A DNA stretch of 53,356 nucleotides from Acidimicrobiales bacterium. GTDB lineage: Bacteria > Actinomycetota > Acidimicrobiia > Acidimicrobiales > Palsa-688. The notes under the pieces are model-generated. The model was given only the letters and a program-made list of their open reading frames with translations. It was not told the origin of the DNA and made no database searches. The stretch is from contig DATJST010000312.1 of NCBI GenBank assembly GCA_035503975.1, positions 1 through 53,356 of the forward strand. Direction: 5' to 3'. Positions 9,540-17,899 of the stretch are shown piece after piece. The translations under genes were made by a program, and so were the position numbers. Numbering within the stretch: the first letter of the stretch is position 1; every line of letters begins with the position of its first letter.

Positions 9540-10841
9540 TTGGCTAGAGACGGGCAGCTCTCCACGCACGGCATACGTCGCGGTGACCGGCGCCTGATGG
9601 CGGAGATGAACCGCAACCTGGTGTTCAACGTGCTGCGCACGGGAGCGGTGTCACGTGCCGACGTCGTGCGCAGCACGGGCCTCAGCCCGGCTACGGTGTC
9701 TGCGATCGTGGCGGAGCTGATCGCCTCCGGCCTGGTCAACGAGGTGGGCCAGGGCAAGTCCCGGGGCGGCCGCCCGCCACTCGTCCTGCGCATAAACGAC
9801 GAGCGCAACTATGCAGTGGGCCTCAAGCTCATGTCGACCGGGGCCCTGGTTGCCGTGACCGACATCCGGGCCGAGGTGCTCTATTCGGAGATGGTCGAGC
9901 TCGACTGGGCCCCGGTGAGCGGGGACAGCACGCTCAGCGCCCATGCCGGCGACGACCCCTCCTCGGTCCTGGACAGGATCTGCCAGGCCATCGAAGAGTC
10001 CGCGGCGCGTGCCGGTGTCGGCATCGACAAGGTAGTCGGTGTAGGCATCGGCCTGCCCGGCCTGGTTGACGCCGAAACGGGCATCTGCCGCTACTCTCCG
10101 ACCTTTGACTGGCACGACGTACCGGTCGCCGGGCCAATTTCCAAGCGCCTCGACCGCCCTGTCCTAGTGGACAACGACGTCAATGCGCTCACGGTGGCCG
10201 AGCAGTGGTTCGGCCGGGGCCACGGTGTGGACGACTTCGTCGTGCTCACGGTGGGTGAGGGAGTTGGTGCCGGGGTCGTGGTTGGGGGCAGCGTCTATCG
10301 CGGCGCCGACGGTGCCGCCGGTGAGATCGGGCACATGCCGATTGCAGGCGAGAGCCTGCCCTGTCGCTGCGGGCGCAAGGGCTGCCTGGAAGCCGTTAGT
10401 TCGGACGCGGCGGTGAAGACGTACGTGCTCGAGGCCATTGCGGCGGGGGAGGTGAGCTCGCTCTCGGGTACGGCCCCGGAGCGGCTGACCATCGGCGCGG
10501 TGCGCCTGGCAGCCGAAGCCGGCGACCTCGTGGCGTGGCACGCGATCGACCGAGCCGGCCGCATGCTCGGCTTGGGCATTGCAACGCTCGTCAACCTGAT
10601 CAACCCGCGCTTGGTCATCATCACCGGCGAGGGCACGCAGGCTGGCCCGCTGCGGGTCGAAGCGGCGATCGCGACCATGCGGGAACACTGCTTCGCCGGC
10701 ATCGACCGCAATATCGACTTTTTCGTCGAATCGGCAGACGACGTCGCCTGGGCCAGAGGCGCGGCCTGCGTCGTGCTCGGGGAGCTGTTCAGCTCACCCA
10801 TGCACCGCAACGTCGACCTGGCACCGCTGCGCGGCCGGTGA
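9540..10841 (+). CDS. ROK-family transcriptional regulator
   Basis: N-terminal wHTH ('VSRADVVRSTGLSPATVSAIVAELI'), sugar-kinase-like body and ROK Cys motif 'CRCGRKGCLEA'. An alternative start is ATG 9597. Confidence 0.85.
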   Translation: MARDGQLSTHGIRRGDRRLMAEMNRNLVFNVLRTGAVSRADVVRSTGLSPATVSAIVAELIASGLVNEVGQGKSRGGRPPLVLRINDERNYAVGLKLMSTGALVAVTDIRAEVLYSEMVELDWAPVSGDSTLSAHAGDDPSSVLDRICQAIEESAARAGVGIDKVVGVGIGLPGLVDAETGICRYSPTFDWHDVPVAGPISKRLDRPVLVDNDVNALTVAEQWFGRGHGVDDFVVLTVGEGVGAGVVVGGSVYRGADGAAGEIGHMPIAGESLPCRCGRKGCLEAVSSDAAVKTYVLEAIAAGEVSSLSGTAPERLTIGAVRLAAEAGDLVAWHAIDRAGRMLGLGIATLVNLINPRLVIITGEGTQAGPLRVEAAIATMREHCFAGIDRNIDFFVESADDVAWARGAACVVLGELFSSPMHRNVDLAPLRGR

Positions 10842-10915
10842 CGGCCCGCCCAGAAAAGCGCCGCGACTTGCTTGGCAGACTTGACAGAGGGCGCCTTGCC
10901 AACCAGGATCGGCGC

Positions 10916-11839
10916 ATGAGCACCCCCCGCCTCCTTAGGGCCGCTGCCGTCTTTGTGCCGAGTATTGCCCTGGTGAGCGGGCTGTCCGTGGCGACCGCCA
11001 CTGCTGGGCGGCCCGATGCCCCCCAGGCCGGGCGCGCTGTCCTCGCTGCCGCGGCCGCCACGACGACTTCTTCAACCAGCACGACCACCACGACCACGCC
11101 GTCCACGACGACCTCAACGACGGTGCCGGCCACCACGACGACCGCGCCTACCACGACGACCGCGCCCACCACGACCACGACGAACGAGTCAGGAACCGCC
11201 GAGGCGCTGCTCGCCAAGTCGATCACTGCGGCCAACGCGCAAAAGGCGCTCACATGGACCTTGGCCGAGGGCCAGGGCGAGAATGCTGTCCTCGAGATCG
11301 GCCACGCCGGCGTCTCTGACGGGACGCAGACCATTGTCGCCCACTTCGGGACGTCTACTTGGGAGCTGCTGATCGAGCTTGTCCCCAACCGGGTCTACGT
11401 GCTGGCCAACAAGCTCGCGCTGGTGAACTACCTGGGGTTCAAGGCCGCAGACGCCTCCAAGGAGGCGGGCAAGTGGTTTTACGTGCCCCCGTCCCAGGTT
11501 TACCTGTACTCGGCGCTGGCAGCGGGCTTGACCGTTGCCACGGCTACCACTCCGCTCAACATGGTGGGTGTCGAGACAGTGCTCCCGGCGAGCAAGGTAC
11601 TTGGGCAAAATGCGATCGGGTTGCGCCAGGTGGTGCATGAGGGTTTGGTTACGGCCACGCAGACCGACTACCTCCGGGCGAGCGGGGCTCCGTTACCGGT
11701 CGAAGTGGCCGAGTCGGCAGCTGGCGTGAACATCAAGGTCACCTTCGGCGCATGGGGCGAGGAGCCAACGATCTTGGTGCCGAAGTCCCCTGCGGAGTTC
11801 GACAGCCACTGGCTGCTCCACCCGCTGCCGAACTTCTGA
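10916..11839 (+). CDS. Secreted protein with Thr-rich linker, unknown function
   Basis: ATG 10916 gives a signal peptide (MSTPRLLRAAAVFVPSIALVSGLSVATATAG), a ~50-aa poly-Thr linker and a ~200-aa globular part. The ORF part upstream overlaps the ROK gene. Confidence 0.6.
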   Translation: MSTPRLLRAAAVFVPSIALVSGLSVATATAGRPDAPQAGRAVLAAAAATTTSSTSTTTTTTPSTTTSTTVPATTTTAPTTTTAPTTTTTNESGTAEALLAKSITAANAQKALTWTLAEGQGENAVLEIGHAGVSDGTQTIVAHFGTSTWELLIELVPNRVYVLANKLALVNYLGFKAADASKEAGKWFYVPPSQVYLYSALAAGLTVATATTPLNMVGVETVLPASKVLGQNAIGLRQVVHEGLVTATQTDYLRASGAPLPVEVAESAAGVNIKVTFGAWGEEPTILVPKSPAEFDSHWLLHPLPNF

Positions 11840-11889
11840 ACCCGCCGCTTGCCCCGAGCAAGCTCGCTTGCGTTCGCCAACCGTGGCCG

Positions 11890-12078
11890 TCAAGAAGCCT
11901 GGCCGAAAGCTTTGCCGTTGAGGTCGATTATGGTCACATAATCGGACCAGTAACTGACGCCGGACACCCAATTGTCCGCGTCGTCCTCTTCGAGCAGGGG
12001 AGCGGAGCCTAGATATTCCTCGATTGTCTTGCCGGCCAGAAGCGCCTCTGTAAGCATGGCCCTGGTTTGGTGGTTCAT
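11890..12078 (-). CDS. Small acidic protein (62 aa), unknown function
   Basis: Strong SD GAGGAGG (complement of 12085-12091) lies 6 nt before the ATG. Non-repetitive acidic sequence in a clearly lower-GC islet. Confidence 0.45.
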   Translation of the reverse strand: MNHQTRAMLTEALLAGKTIEEYLGSAPLLEEDDADNWVSGVSYWSDYVTIIDLNGKAFGQAS

Positions 12079-12289
12079 TTGTTGCCTCCTCTCTCCCTGT
12101 GTTTGCGGGGAGCGTGTACTCCTCGCCGTGATGCGCTTCGCGCGGCTGACTTTTGGTTTTATGCCCTTGTTGGGCGGGCAGTTCTCTGATCGGCTGTGCC
12201 CGAGGCGACCTTAGGATTTTGCCTGACCGTGGCCCGCCCGTGCCCAAAGCGTGGCCCCCTCCGCCGAGCGATCGAGCTTCTCCGACCGC

Positions 12290-13303
12290 TCAGCCAGCCC
12301 GTGCCGTCCAGGCCAAGAAGTCGTCGAGCGGCCGGGTGTTCACTATGGAAGCGGCGTCCAGCCCGGCCTCGACCGCGATCTGGCAACCGAAATGCAGCCA
12401 GGAGAGCTGGCCAGGGGCATGGGCGTCGGAGTCGACGGCAAAGCCGCAACCGGCACTTGCGGCCGCGCGGACCAGTGCGACGGGAGGGTCGAGGCGGTCC
12501 GGGCGGGAGTTGATCTCGACCGCGGTGCCGTGGGCCGCACAGGCGCCGAAAACCTCGCTCGGGTCGAAGTCCGACTGCGGTCGGGAGCGGCCGGCGACAA
12601 GGCGGCCGGTGCAATGGCCGAGCACGTCCACGAGCGGGTTGCTCACAGCCACCACCATGCGCCGGGTCATCTGGGCGCCCTCCATGCGCAAGGCAGAGTG
12701 GACGCTCGCCACCACTACGTCGAGCTCGGCGAGCAATTCGTCTTCCTGGTCGAGCGAGCCGTCCTCGAGGATGTCAACCTCGATCCCGCGCAACAGCCGG
12801 AACGGGTGCAGGCGCTCGTTGAGCTCGGCCACCACCTGGAGCTGGCGGCGCAAACTATCCGCGCTCAAGCCGCGGGCCACCTTGAGACGCGGGCTGTGGT
12901 CAGTCAGGGCCAGGTACTCGCGACCCAGGTCGGCAGCGGCGCGTGCCATTTCCTCGATCGGGCTGCCGCCGTCCGACCAGTCGGAGTGGCTGTGGCAGTC
13001 ACCCCGCAGCGCCTCCAGCAAAGCCTGTTCGGCCGGGCCAGCGAGGGAGGGCCCGCGCCCCTCGAGGGAACTCAGGTAATCGGGCACCTCGCCGGCCAGT
13101 GCCTGGCTGATAACCGCCGCCGTGGCGTCGCCAATACCTTTGAGGGTTGCGAGCCGGCCCTCTTGGTTGAGCCGTTCCAGTTCTCCGGGTGCCATAGCCT
13201 CGACCGTTGCCGCGGCACGACGGAACGCTTGCACCTTATAAGTCGCCGCCCCTTCCGCTTCGAGCAGGAAACCGATGCGCCGGAGCGCTTGGGCCGGGAG
13301 CAC
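12290..13303 (-). CDS. PHP-domain phosphoesterase with N-terminal HhH region (PolX-related, no polymerase core)
   Basis: 'GDCHSHSDWSDG' and 'LALTDHSP' PHP metal motifs; N-terminal 'LKGIGDATAAVI' HhH-like segment. Confidence 0.8.
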   Translation of the reverse strand: MLPAQALRRIGFLLEAEGAATYKVQAFRRAAATVEAMAPGELERLNQEGRLATLKGIGDATAAVISQALAGEVPDYLSSLEGRGPSLAGPAEQALLEALRGDCHSHSDWSDGGSPIEEMARAAADLGREYLALTDHSPRLKVARGLSADSLRRQLQVVAELNERLHPFRLLRGIEVDILEDGSLDQEDELLAELDVVVASVHSALRMEGAQMTRRMVVAVSNPLVDVLGHCTGRLVAGRSRPQSDFDPSEVFGACAAHGTAVEINSRPDRLDPPVALVRAAASAGCGFAVDSDAHAPGQLSWLHFGCQIAVEAGLDAASIVNTRPLDDFLAWTARAG

Positions 13304-13474
13304 CGCACAACACTAGGGCGGCGCCCGCCGTAGGCGTTTGGGACCGGTCGCTCACCCAAGCGGCGCCACGCGCGGCGCCGACGAGCGCCCGCCCGGCCAC
13401 TTTAGGCGCTACATGGGCCGGGCTAGTCTGTCGCTGTACGTCCGCCGCGGTCAATGAGGTAACGGGAGGATCCC

Positions 13475-13801
13475 ATGGCCAAGTACGTAATGTTCTTCAC
13501 CCTAAAAGGTGCCTCAGTGAAGGGCATGATCGATCGCCCAAGCGATCGGGAGGCCCTCTTTCGTAATCTCCTCTCCGGTGTCGGCGGGACCCTGGAGGCG
13601 TACTACTGGATGTTCGGCCATCACGATGGGATGGCAATTTGCGATATCCCGGACTCGATTTCGGTCGTTGCCGTTAGTTTGGCCGTGAGCGGCACCGACG
13701 CTTTTGCCCACTTCGAGACGCACGAGCTGATCCCGACGCCGGCACTACAGCAAGCGCTCGAGACCGCGAAAGGCCTGACCTATTTCCCGCCCGGTGGCTG
13801 A
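13475..13801 (+). CDS. GYD-domain protein
   Basis: 108 aa with 'MAKYVMFFTL', 'LEAYYWMFGHHDGMAICDIPD' and 'AVSLAVSG' as in the GYD family. SD GGGAGGA precedes the ATG. Confidence 0.75.
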   Translation: MAKYVMFFTLKGASVKGMIDRPSDREALFRNLLSGVGGTLEAYYWMFGHHDGMAICDIPDSISVVAVSLAVSGTDAFAHFETHELIPTPALQQALETAKGLTYFPPGG

Positions 13802-13898
13802 CCATTTATCGAGCCCGGGCGGTACCGGCAGGACCGGCGGGCTGATGTCCCGCCCGAGCCGCGCGACGCCTGGGCGCGCGGTGCCAGAGTAAATTGGC

Positions 13899-16652
13899 GT
13901 GAGCGGCAGGGCGCCGAGCGGCATAGCCGGCGCGAGCGCGTCCCTGATCGGCCGGGATGACGAGCTACAACGGCTGCTGCGCTGGGTGTGCGAGCCCGGG
14001 CCGGCGTGCCTGACGCTCGTGGGCGACCCCGGTATAGGCAAAACCAGCCTCTGGGAGGCGGGTTTGGAGCTGGCCACCGTTCAGGGCTACGACGTCCTCG
14101 TGGCCCGGACGAGCGAGGTGGAGACGGGCCTTACTTTTGCAGCTCTCGCCGACCTTGTCGACGCCGCCCGCCCCGAGGCGCTTGCCGACCTTCCGCCGCC
14201 ACAGCACTACGCGCTCGAGGTGGCGTTACGCCGTGCCGGCCCGGCTGAGGCGGCCCCCGAACCCTTCGCCATCGCGGCCGGCCTTTTGTCGCTCGTGCGC
14301 TCTCTCTCCGAGCACCGGCGCCTGCTCGTGGCCATCGACGACGTGCAATGGCTGGACCGCGCCTCGGCCGGAGTGCTCGTGTACGCGGCCCGCCGGCTGG
14401 CCTCAGGTCAAGTCCGCTTCTTGCTGTCCCGCCGCCCCGGGCGCCGACCGGGGCTCGAACGCGCCTTGGAGCCGGCCGGCGTCGAGCAGGCAGACCTGGG
14501 CGCCCTCAGCCTTGGTGCCGTGAGCCGGCTCCTGGTCGAACGGCTCGGCCTAGCCCTGCCCCGCAGGGTGCTGCGCCAGGTCTACGAGACCTCCGCCGGC
14601 AACCCGCTGATCGCCATCGAGCTGGGCCGCCTGCTCCAGTTGCAGACCCCCGAGGTGGGCGCCGACCTGCCCCTGCCCGACCTGGCCGAGGACATATTCG
14701 GCCCCCGGCTGGAGGGCTTGCCCGAACGGCTGCGGCGCCCCCTGCTGGCCGTCTCGCTCAGCGCCGGGCTGAGCGCGGCGGAGCTGGCCAAGCTCGTCGG
14801 TCCGCTATCGGTTGAGGACGCCCACGCTGCGGGGTTGATCATGGTCCAAGGTCTGCGCGCGCGTCCTGCCCACCCCCTGTTGGCGGCGGCGGCGCGCCGG
14901 ATGGCACCGGCCTCCGAGCGCCGGCAGCTGCACCTCGAGCTGGCCGCCGCCGTCGCTGACCCCACGCTTCGGGCCAAGCATCTTGCCATGGCCGCATTGG
15001 GGCCGGACTCCGAGTTGGCGGCCGAGCTGGCCGAACTGGCGAGGGCCGAGTCTCAGCGGGGAGCTGTGCAGGATGCCGAGGAGCTGGCTGCCCACGCCCT
15101 CCGCCTGACCTTCCTGGACGACGCGGAAAGGCCAGCGCGCTTGCTCGAACTGGCCCGGTACCACCTGTCGTCGGGCGATGTGCCGCGCGCTACGGACCTT
15201 TTGAACGCCCACTTGGACGACCTGGCACGCGGCCGTGACCGGGCGCGGGCGTACCTCATGTTGGGTGAGTGCGCCGATGTCACCGGGGAGGCTCGTTATG
15301 TCCAACAGGCGTTGGCGGAGGCGGGTGATGACGCCGAGCTCAGGGCGTTGGCGCTCGCCCGCAAGGCCACCATCCTGGCGGTGGACCGGGTGGAGGACAT
15401 CTCGGAGGCCGAGGACCTGGCGGAGCAGGCGATGAACGCGGCCAGGCTTGCCGGGCCGCAGGTCGTGCACCAGGTCCGCCCCGCTCTGGCTTGGGCGCGC
15501 ATATTGCAGGGGCACGCCATTGACGAGCTCGTGGCGGACGCAGCGCCAGAGGCGCACGGCCTTCACCCCTACGAGGGCTGGGTGGACCGCACCGTTGGCA
15601 TCCACGCTGCCTTCCGGGGCGAGCTGGGCACCGCCCGCCGTCTGTTCCAGCGCCTTCTGGCGGTGGCCGACCAGCGTGGTGAGGTCCGCTCGGCGCTTGT
15701 GCTGAACGTGCAGCTGTGCGAGCTCGAACTGCGGGCGGGCGACGTGCTCGCCGCGGGGGTCGTCCTGGAAGCCGTCGAACAATGGTCGGCGCTCGAAGAG
15801 TTCGCCCAGTGCCGTGCTCGCCTCGGTGCCATGCGGGCGGCCGTCGCGGGCGACGTCGCCGAGGCGGGCCGCCTGGCCGCGAGCGTGCTGAAAGACCCGG
15901 CGGGTCGGGAACCGTCGGCATGGGACCGCTTGGAGGCCGAACGGGCGCTCGGGCTCGCGCGCCTCCTGGGCCACGACGCCCCGGGGGCAGCTGAGCTCCT
16001 GCAGGGTGTATGGGAGCACACCTTGCGCCACCACGTCGACGACCCCGGTGCCTTCCCGGTGGCACCCGACCTGGTGGAGGCGCTACTTGCGGCCGGCGAG
16101 GAACAGGGCGCGAGGGAGGTGGCGCGCGTGCTGGCCCAACGGTCCGAGCGCCTCGCTCACCCGTGGGGCCTGGTCACAGCAGAGCGCTGCCGGGCGCTCG
16201 TCGAGCTAGCCGGAGATTACCGGGAGCAGGCGGCGGAGGCATTGGAAGGGGCCGCCCGCAGCTACCAGGCCATGGGAGCTGGCTTCGACCAGGCCCGCTC
16301 GTTGCTTGCCCTTGGCAGGGCGGGCCGGCGCCACAAGAAGCGTTCTGTTGCCCGTCAAGCCCTTGAGTCTGCCGCCGGGACGTTCGAACGTATGGCTTGC
16401 CCTGGGTGGGCGGGCGAAGCGCGAGAGGAGCTGGCCCGGGTGAGCGGCCGCCGTTCCGCGGCCGAGGACGAATTGACCCCGAGCGAGCGCAAGGTTGCCG
16501 AGCTGGCCGGAAGCGGGCTGTCCAACAAGGAGATCGCCGGGCAGCTCTTCGTCAGCGTGTACACCGTCGAGGCGCACCTGAGCCACGCTTATGCCAAGCT
16601 CGGTGTGCGCTCGCGGTCTCAGCTTGCAGGCCGGTTGGGCGGTGCCGGCTGA
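13899..16652 (+). CDS. LAL-type (large ATP-binding LuxR-family) transcriptional regulator
   Basis: Walker A 'GDPGIGKTSLW', long helical/TPR-like body, C-terminal LuxR HTH 'LTPSERKVAELAGSGLSNKEIAGQLFVSVYTVEAHLSHAYAKLGV'. Confidence 0.9.
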   Translation: MSGRAPSGIAGASASLIGRDDELQRLLRWVCEPGPACLTLVGDPGIGKTSLWEAGLELATVQGYDVLVARTSEVETGLTFAALADLVDAARPEALADLPPPQHYALEVALRRAGPAEAAPEPFAIAAGLLSLVRSLSEHRRLLVAIDDVQWLDRASAGVLVYAARRLASGQVRFLLSRRPGRRPGLERALEPAGVEQADLGALSLGAVSRLLVERLGLALPRRVLRQVYETSAGNPLIAIELGRLLQLQTPEVGADLPLPDLAEDIFGPRLEGLPERLRRPLLAVSLSAGLSAAELAKLVGPLSVEDAHAAGLIMVQGLRARPAHPLLAAAARRMAPASERRQLHLELAAAVADPTLRAKHLAMAALGPDSELAAELAELARAESQRGAVQDAEELAAHALRLTFLDDAERPARLLELARYHLSSGDVPRATDLLNAHLDDLARGRDRARAYLMLGECADVTGEARYVQQALAEAGDDAELRALALARKATILAVDRVEDISEAEDLAEQAMNAARLAGPQVVHQVRPALAWARILQGHAIDELVADAAPEAHGLHPYEGWVDRTVGIHAAFRGELGTARRLFQRLLAVADQRGEVRSALVLNVQLCELELRAGDVLAAGVVLEAVEQWSALEEFAQCRARLGAMRAAVAGDVAEAGRLAASVLKDPAGREPSAWDRLEAERALGLARLLGHDAPGAAELLQGVWEHTLRHHVDDPGAFPVAPDLVEALLAAGEEQGAREVARVLAQRSERLAHPWGLVTAERCRALVELAGDYREQAAEALEGAARSYQAMGAGFDQARSLLALGRAGRRHKKRSVARQALESAAGTFERMACPGWAGEAREELARVSGRRSAAEDELTPSERKVAELAGSGLSNKEIAGQLFVSVYTVEAHLSHAYAKLGVRSRSQLAGRLGGAG

Positions 16653-16663
16653 ACTCACGTCGG

Positions 16664-16689
16664 CCCGGTGCGCCGGACGTCGCACCGGG
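16664..16689 (+). terminator. Stem-loop after the LAL gene (possible intrinsic terminator, no U-tract)
   Basis: CCCGGTGCG (16664-16672), 8-nt loop, CGCACCGGG (16681-16689). Confidence 0.35.
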
Positions 16690-16715
16690 TGCACCGGTCG
16701 CCCACCGGTCAAACG

Positions 16716-16770
16716 GGTCGCAAAGGCCGTAGGGGTCGCAAAGGTCGCACTGGTCGCAAGGGTCGCACTG
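16716..16770. repeat. GGTCGCA direct-repeat array in 9-bp phase
   Basis: GGTCGCA occurs at 16716, 16734, 16743, 16752 and 16761 (spacings 18, 9, 9, 9). Intergenic. Confidence 0.8.
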
Positions 16771-16871
16771 GCGTAGCGGCGCGCCCAGTTCAGCTCGGCC
16801 CGTTCGCATGCTCCCAGCCCAATGATTCCAGTTTCCCGTAATTTCGCCTCTGCCGGGCCTGCCGTATCGTC

Positions 16872-17156
16872 TTGGCTGTGCCCGAGTTCCTGGTCGAGGT
16901 CTATTACCCCCGCTCGGCGCCGGCCAGCACCGTCCCCGGTCCTGCCGAGGTCGCCGCGGCAGCCGAACAACTGAGCAAGGAGGGCCTAGCCGCCCGTTTG
17001 GTGCGTTCGCTCTTCGTGCCCGACGACGAGACCTGCTTTTACCTGTTCCAGGCCGAGTCGATAGAGGTCGTCCGCGAGGCGGCGCGCCGCTCCCAACTGC
17101 GTTGCGACCGCGTTGCCGAGGTCGGCTCCGACTGGACGCCCTCGGGCATCCTTTGA
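16872..17156 (+). CDS. DUF4242-like small protein
   Basis: 'PEFLVEVYYP ... RSLFVPDDETCFYLFQAESIEVVREAARRSQLRCDRVAEV' resembles the DUF4242 pattern. The start may be GTG 16878. Confidence 0.55.
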   Translation: MAVPEFLVEVYYPRSAPASTVPGPAEVAAAAEQLSKEGLAARLVRSLFVPDDETCFYLFQAESIEVVREAARRSQLRCDRVAEVGSDWTPSGIL

Positions 17157-17336
17157 GCCTCTCCCGGTACCGGTAAGAAAGGTTCGCCTGCAATGCCTGC
17201 CCGGACCGTTGCTGGCACCGTCAGCTCGTCGCGACCGAGACAGCTTTGCATTGACCCGGGCGAGGCCGCGCCGGAACTGACGGCGCGGGCGGCGCTAGGC
17301 CGCTCCGGCTGGTCGGGGGCGAGCGTCGGGACACTG

Positions 17337-17876
17337 GTGGAGCGGGCCAGGCGCGACGACATGGGCGCGTGGTCAGAGTTGGTCGCTCGCTTCAACGGCA
17401 TGATCGCCGCTGCCGCCCGGCGTTACCGGCTGGTCCCGGCCGATGTCGCCGAGGTCCAGCAGGCGACCTGGTTGCTGCTGCTTGTCAACCTGCACCGCAT
17501 CGAGCAGCCCGAACGCGTGGGGGGATGGCTGGCGACCACCGCTCGACGGGAAAGTCTCCAAGTGCTGCGCAGGGCCTGCAGGTACTCCCCCCGAGCCGCC
17601 GCCGTCTTCGCCGACCTGCCTGACCACCACTTACCCGAACCGGACGCTCGCCCCATAGCCGAGGAGCGCGAGGCCGTGCTGCGTGCCGCCTGGGCGAGGT
17701 TGCAGCCGCGGTGCCAGCACCTGCTCTCGCTGCTCATCGCCGATGACGAGCGCATCGGTTACCGCGACATCTCGGCGTTGCTGCGCATGCCGGTCGGCAG
17801 CATCGGGCCGACGCGGGGCAGGTGCCTCGAGCACCTCCGGCGCCTCGTCGAACAGGAGGGCATGACCAGCATCTGA
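17337..17876 (+). CDS. ECF-type RNA polymerase sigma-70 factor
   Basis: Region 2 ('ELVARFNGMIAAAARRYRL..ADVAEVQQATWL', 'WLATTARRESL') and region 4 ('IGYRDISALLRMPVGSIGPTRGRCLEHLR'). Start is uncertain (GTG 17337 or ATG 17361); the ORF opens at 17193. Confidence 0.8.
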   Translation: MERARRDDMGAWSELVARFNGMIAAAARRYRLVPADVAEVQQATWLLLLVNLHRIEQPERVGGWLATTARRESLQVLRRACRYSPRAAAVFADLPDHHLPEPDARPIAEEREAVLRAAWARLQPRCQHLLSLLIADDERIGYRDISALLRMPVGSIGPTRGRCLEHLRRLVEQEGMTSI

Positions 17877-17899
17877 GGGCGGCGCGTTAGCTTGCTGTC

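Noticed and set aside
14805-16034. 409-aa minus-strand ORF inside the LAL regulator gene
   Set aside because: Its Arg/Pro/Gly-rich composition has no recognisable motifs, and it is antisense to a gene with clear Walker A and LuxR HTH motifs. It is a typical shadow ORF of high-GC DNA.
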